Shown here piece after piece: positions 62,370 through 64,000 of a stretch of 64,000 nt of DNA (the stretch's first letter is position 1; each line of letters opens with the position of its first letter). Position numbers and translations under genes: made by a program. A model generated the notes under the pieces. That model was not told where the DNA came from. It ran no database searches and saw only the letters and a program-made list of their open reading frames with translations. The DNA is taken from sequence record SRR31156797_2200; one strand, written 5' to 3'.

Positions 62370-63842
62370 ATGAAAACTATTCACGTAACAACCATTGCGC
62401 TCATTATTGGCGCGACACTGGGCTTTGGTGCGCAAACGATATTAACGCATTCGGCTTTGGGTAATGAGACAACCAGCAATACCGCAAGTAATGCGAAAGC
62501 CAACAATGAGCCTCTTTACTGGGTCGCACCCATGAACCCAAGTTACAAACGCGATAAGCCGGGTAAATCCCCAATGGGTATGGACTTAATTCCCGTTTAT
62601 GCCGAAGATGGCGCCGGAGAAAGTAAGCCAGGAACGGTCACAATCGATCCTTCTGTTGAAAATAATTTGGGTGTCAAAGTGGTACAGGCTCAGCTTACAC
62701 CGCTGTCACCAAGCATCGACACTGTAGGTTACATTGCGTTCGATGAAAGTCGTTTATGGCAGATCAACGTCCGTGTTGCAGGATGGGTAGAAAAACTTAA
62801 CGTCAACGCTATCGGCGATAAAGTGAATCAGGGTGATGTCTTGTTTACCCTTTACTCACCTGAACTGGTTAAGGCGCAGGAAGAACTTCTTAACGCTTAC
62901 CGGACAGGTCGTAGCGGATTAATCAAAGGCGCAACCGAACGTCTCATCACATTGGGAGTAGACCGTCCACAAATCCAATCCATCGTAAAACGTGGCAGAG
63001 CGTCTCAATCCATTGATATAAAAGCGAAAGCTGACGGCGTTGTTGCCAGTTTAAATGTTCGTGAGGGTGGTTATTTGTCACCGGCTCAAACCGTGATAAG
63101 TGCGGGCTCGCTTGATAACGTGTGGGTTGATGCCCAAGTCTTTGAACGTCAGTCACAATGGGTTAAGACCGGCAGCCAAGCGAAAATGACGCTGGATGCT
63201 CTTCCGGGTCAGGAGTGGGACGGTGAGATTGACTACGTCTATCCTATCTTAGATCCACAAACCCGAACTCTCAGACTGCGCCTTAAATTCCCCAACCCAC
63301 AAGGCGAGCTGAAACCTAACATGTTTGCCAACATCACCTTACAGCCTGTCACCGATGAATCCGTACTGACCATACCAAAATCGGCGGTCATTCGTTCAGG
63401 TGGCATGACGCGTGTTGTACTGTCTGAAGGTGAAGGTAAGTTCCGCTCTGCGCGTATCCGTATCGGGCGTGAAGCCGGAAATGAGGTCGAAGTTCTTGAA
63501 GGGCTGACCGATAAAAGTAACGTCGTATCCTCCGCTCAATTCCTGTTGGATTCAGAGTCCAGTCAATCTGCTGATTTATCGCGTATTGATGGTGTTAGCA
63601 CCAGTGAGAGCGTATGGGTTGAAGGCAATATCACCATGCTGATGGCCGATTTTGGCATGATTACCCTTCAGCACTTACCCGTATCCGAATGGCACTGGGA
63701 TGCAGGGGAAATGAATTTCAACGTTGGCCCCGACGTTGAGCTATCCGGTCTTCAGGAAGGTGACCGTGTCCGATTTCTAGTCGAAAAAGACAAAGAAAAC
63801 TTTTCTTTAAAAGACATTGAACATCTGGGAGGCGAACAATGA
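62370..63842 (+). CDS. cusB: CusB-type periplasmic adaptor with a C-terminal CusF-like domain
   Basis: [34 protein letters not shown] and C-terminal [16 protein letters not shown]. Confidence 0.85.
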   Translation: MKTIHVTTIALIIGATLGFGAQTILTHSALGNETTSNTASNAKANNEPLYWVAPMNPSYKRDKPGKSPMGMDLIPVYAEDGAGESKPGTVTIDPSVENNLGVKVVQAQLTPLSPSIDTVGYIAFDESRLWQINVRVAGWVEKLNVNAIGDKVNQGDVLFTLYSPELVKAQEELLNAYRTGRSGLIKGATERLITLGVDRPQIQSIVKRGRASQSIDIKAKADGVVASLNVREGGYLSPAQTVISAGSLDNVWVDAQVFERQSQWVKTGSQAKMTLDALPGQEWDGEIDYVYPILDPQTRTLRLRLKFPNPQGELKPNMFANITLQPVTDESVLTIPKSAVIRSGGMTRVVLSEGEGKFRSARIRIGREAGNEVEVLEGLTDKSNVVSSAQFLLDSESSQSADLSRIDGVSTSESVWVEGNITMLMADFGMITLQHLPVSEWHWDAGEMNFNVGPDVELSGLQEGDRVRFLVEKDKENFSLKDIEHLGGEQ

Positions 63843-64000
63843 TCAACGCCATTATTCGCTGGTCCCTGAGCAATCGCCTTATCGTGTTACTGGCAACAGT
63901 TGCTCTGGTCGCAGCGGGCCTGTTTAGTGTTAAGAATACCCCGGTCGACGCCATTCCGGATCTTTCCGATGTGCAGGTTATCATCAAAACCAGCTATCCG
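63839..64000 (+). CDS. cusA: CusA/CzcA heavy-metal RND pump (5' part, runs off the window)
   Basis: [13 protein letters not shown]...[24 protein letters not shown] overlaps the cusB stop. Confidence 0.88.
   Translation, partial: MINAIIRWSLSNRLIVLLATVALVAAGLFSVKNTPVDAIPDLSDVQVIIKTSYP

Larger units (their letters stand above)
53326..64000 (+). mobile_element. Tn7-like transposon at the yhiN 3' att site (other end outside the window)
   Basis: End TGTATATAGACAATAAAGT, TnsB-site repeats, tnsABC plus tniQ/tnsD; cargo membership inferred because no second end is seen. Confidence 0.85.

Overview
Vibrio-type chromosome 1 segment near the origin (three parS sites, thiCEFSGH, tsrA/asnC, uspA-ftnA-uspB). 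1-33 kb is mostly core or ordinary accessory DNA: a decayed tRNA-Trp duplicate, a cellobiose/chitobiose-type PTS operon, a TPP riboswitch with the thi operon, and betIBA-proXWV. The host yhiN (HI0933/RdsA flavoprotein) gene is a double insertion site. (1) A ~20.1 kb island (about 33006-53142) splits yhiN at codon 337. It has bipartite terminal inverted repeats and an orphan 6-bp junction sequence. It encodes three large tyrosine-recombinase-fold proteins plus one small protein (SE/GInt-like, apparently in permuted order) and carries its own intact, divergent yhiN. Its other cargo is an XRE/wHTH/SF2-helicase module, a small basic protein behind a leader ORF and SD-sequestering hairpin, a candidate structured ncRNA, a broken DUF4917-like gene, a type I R-M system and a Kiwa-like pair. 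(2) A Tn7-like transposon (tnsABC + TniQ/TnsD, no cas genes visible) starts 4 bp after the yhiN stop and carries a Cus-type heavy-metal efflux cluster that runs off the window. All family assignments come from motif recognition by eye; no database searches were run.
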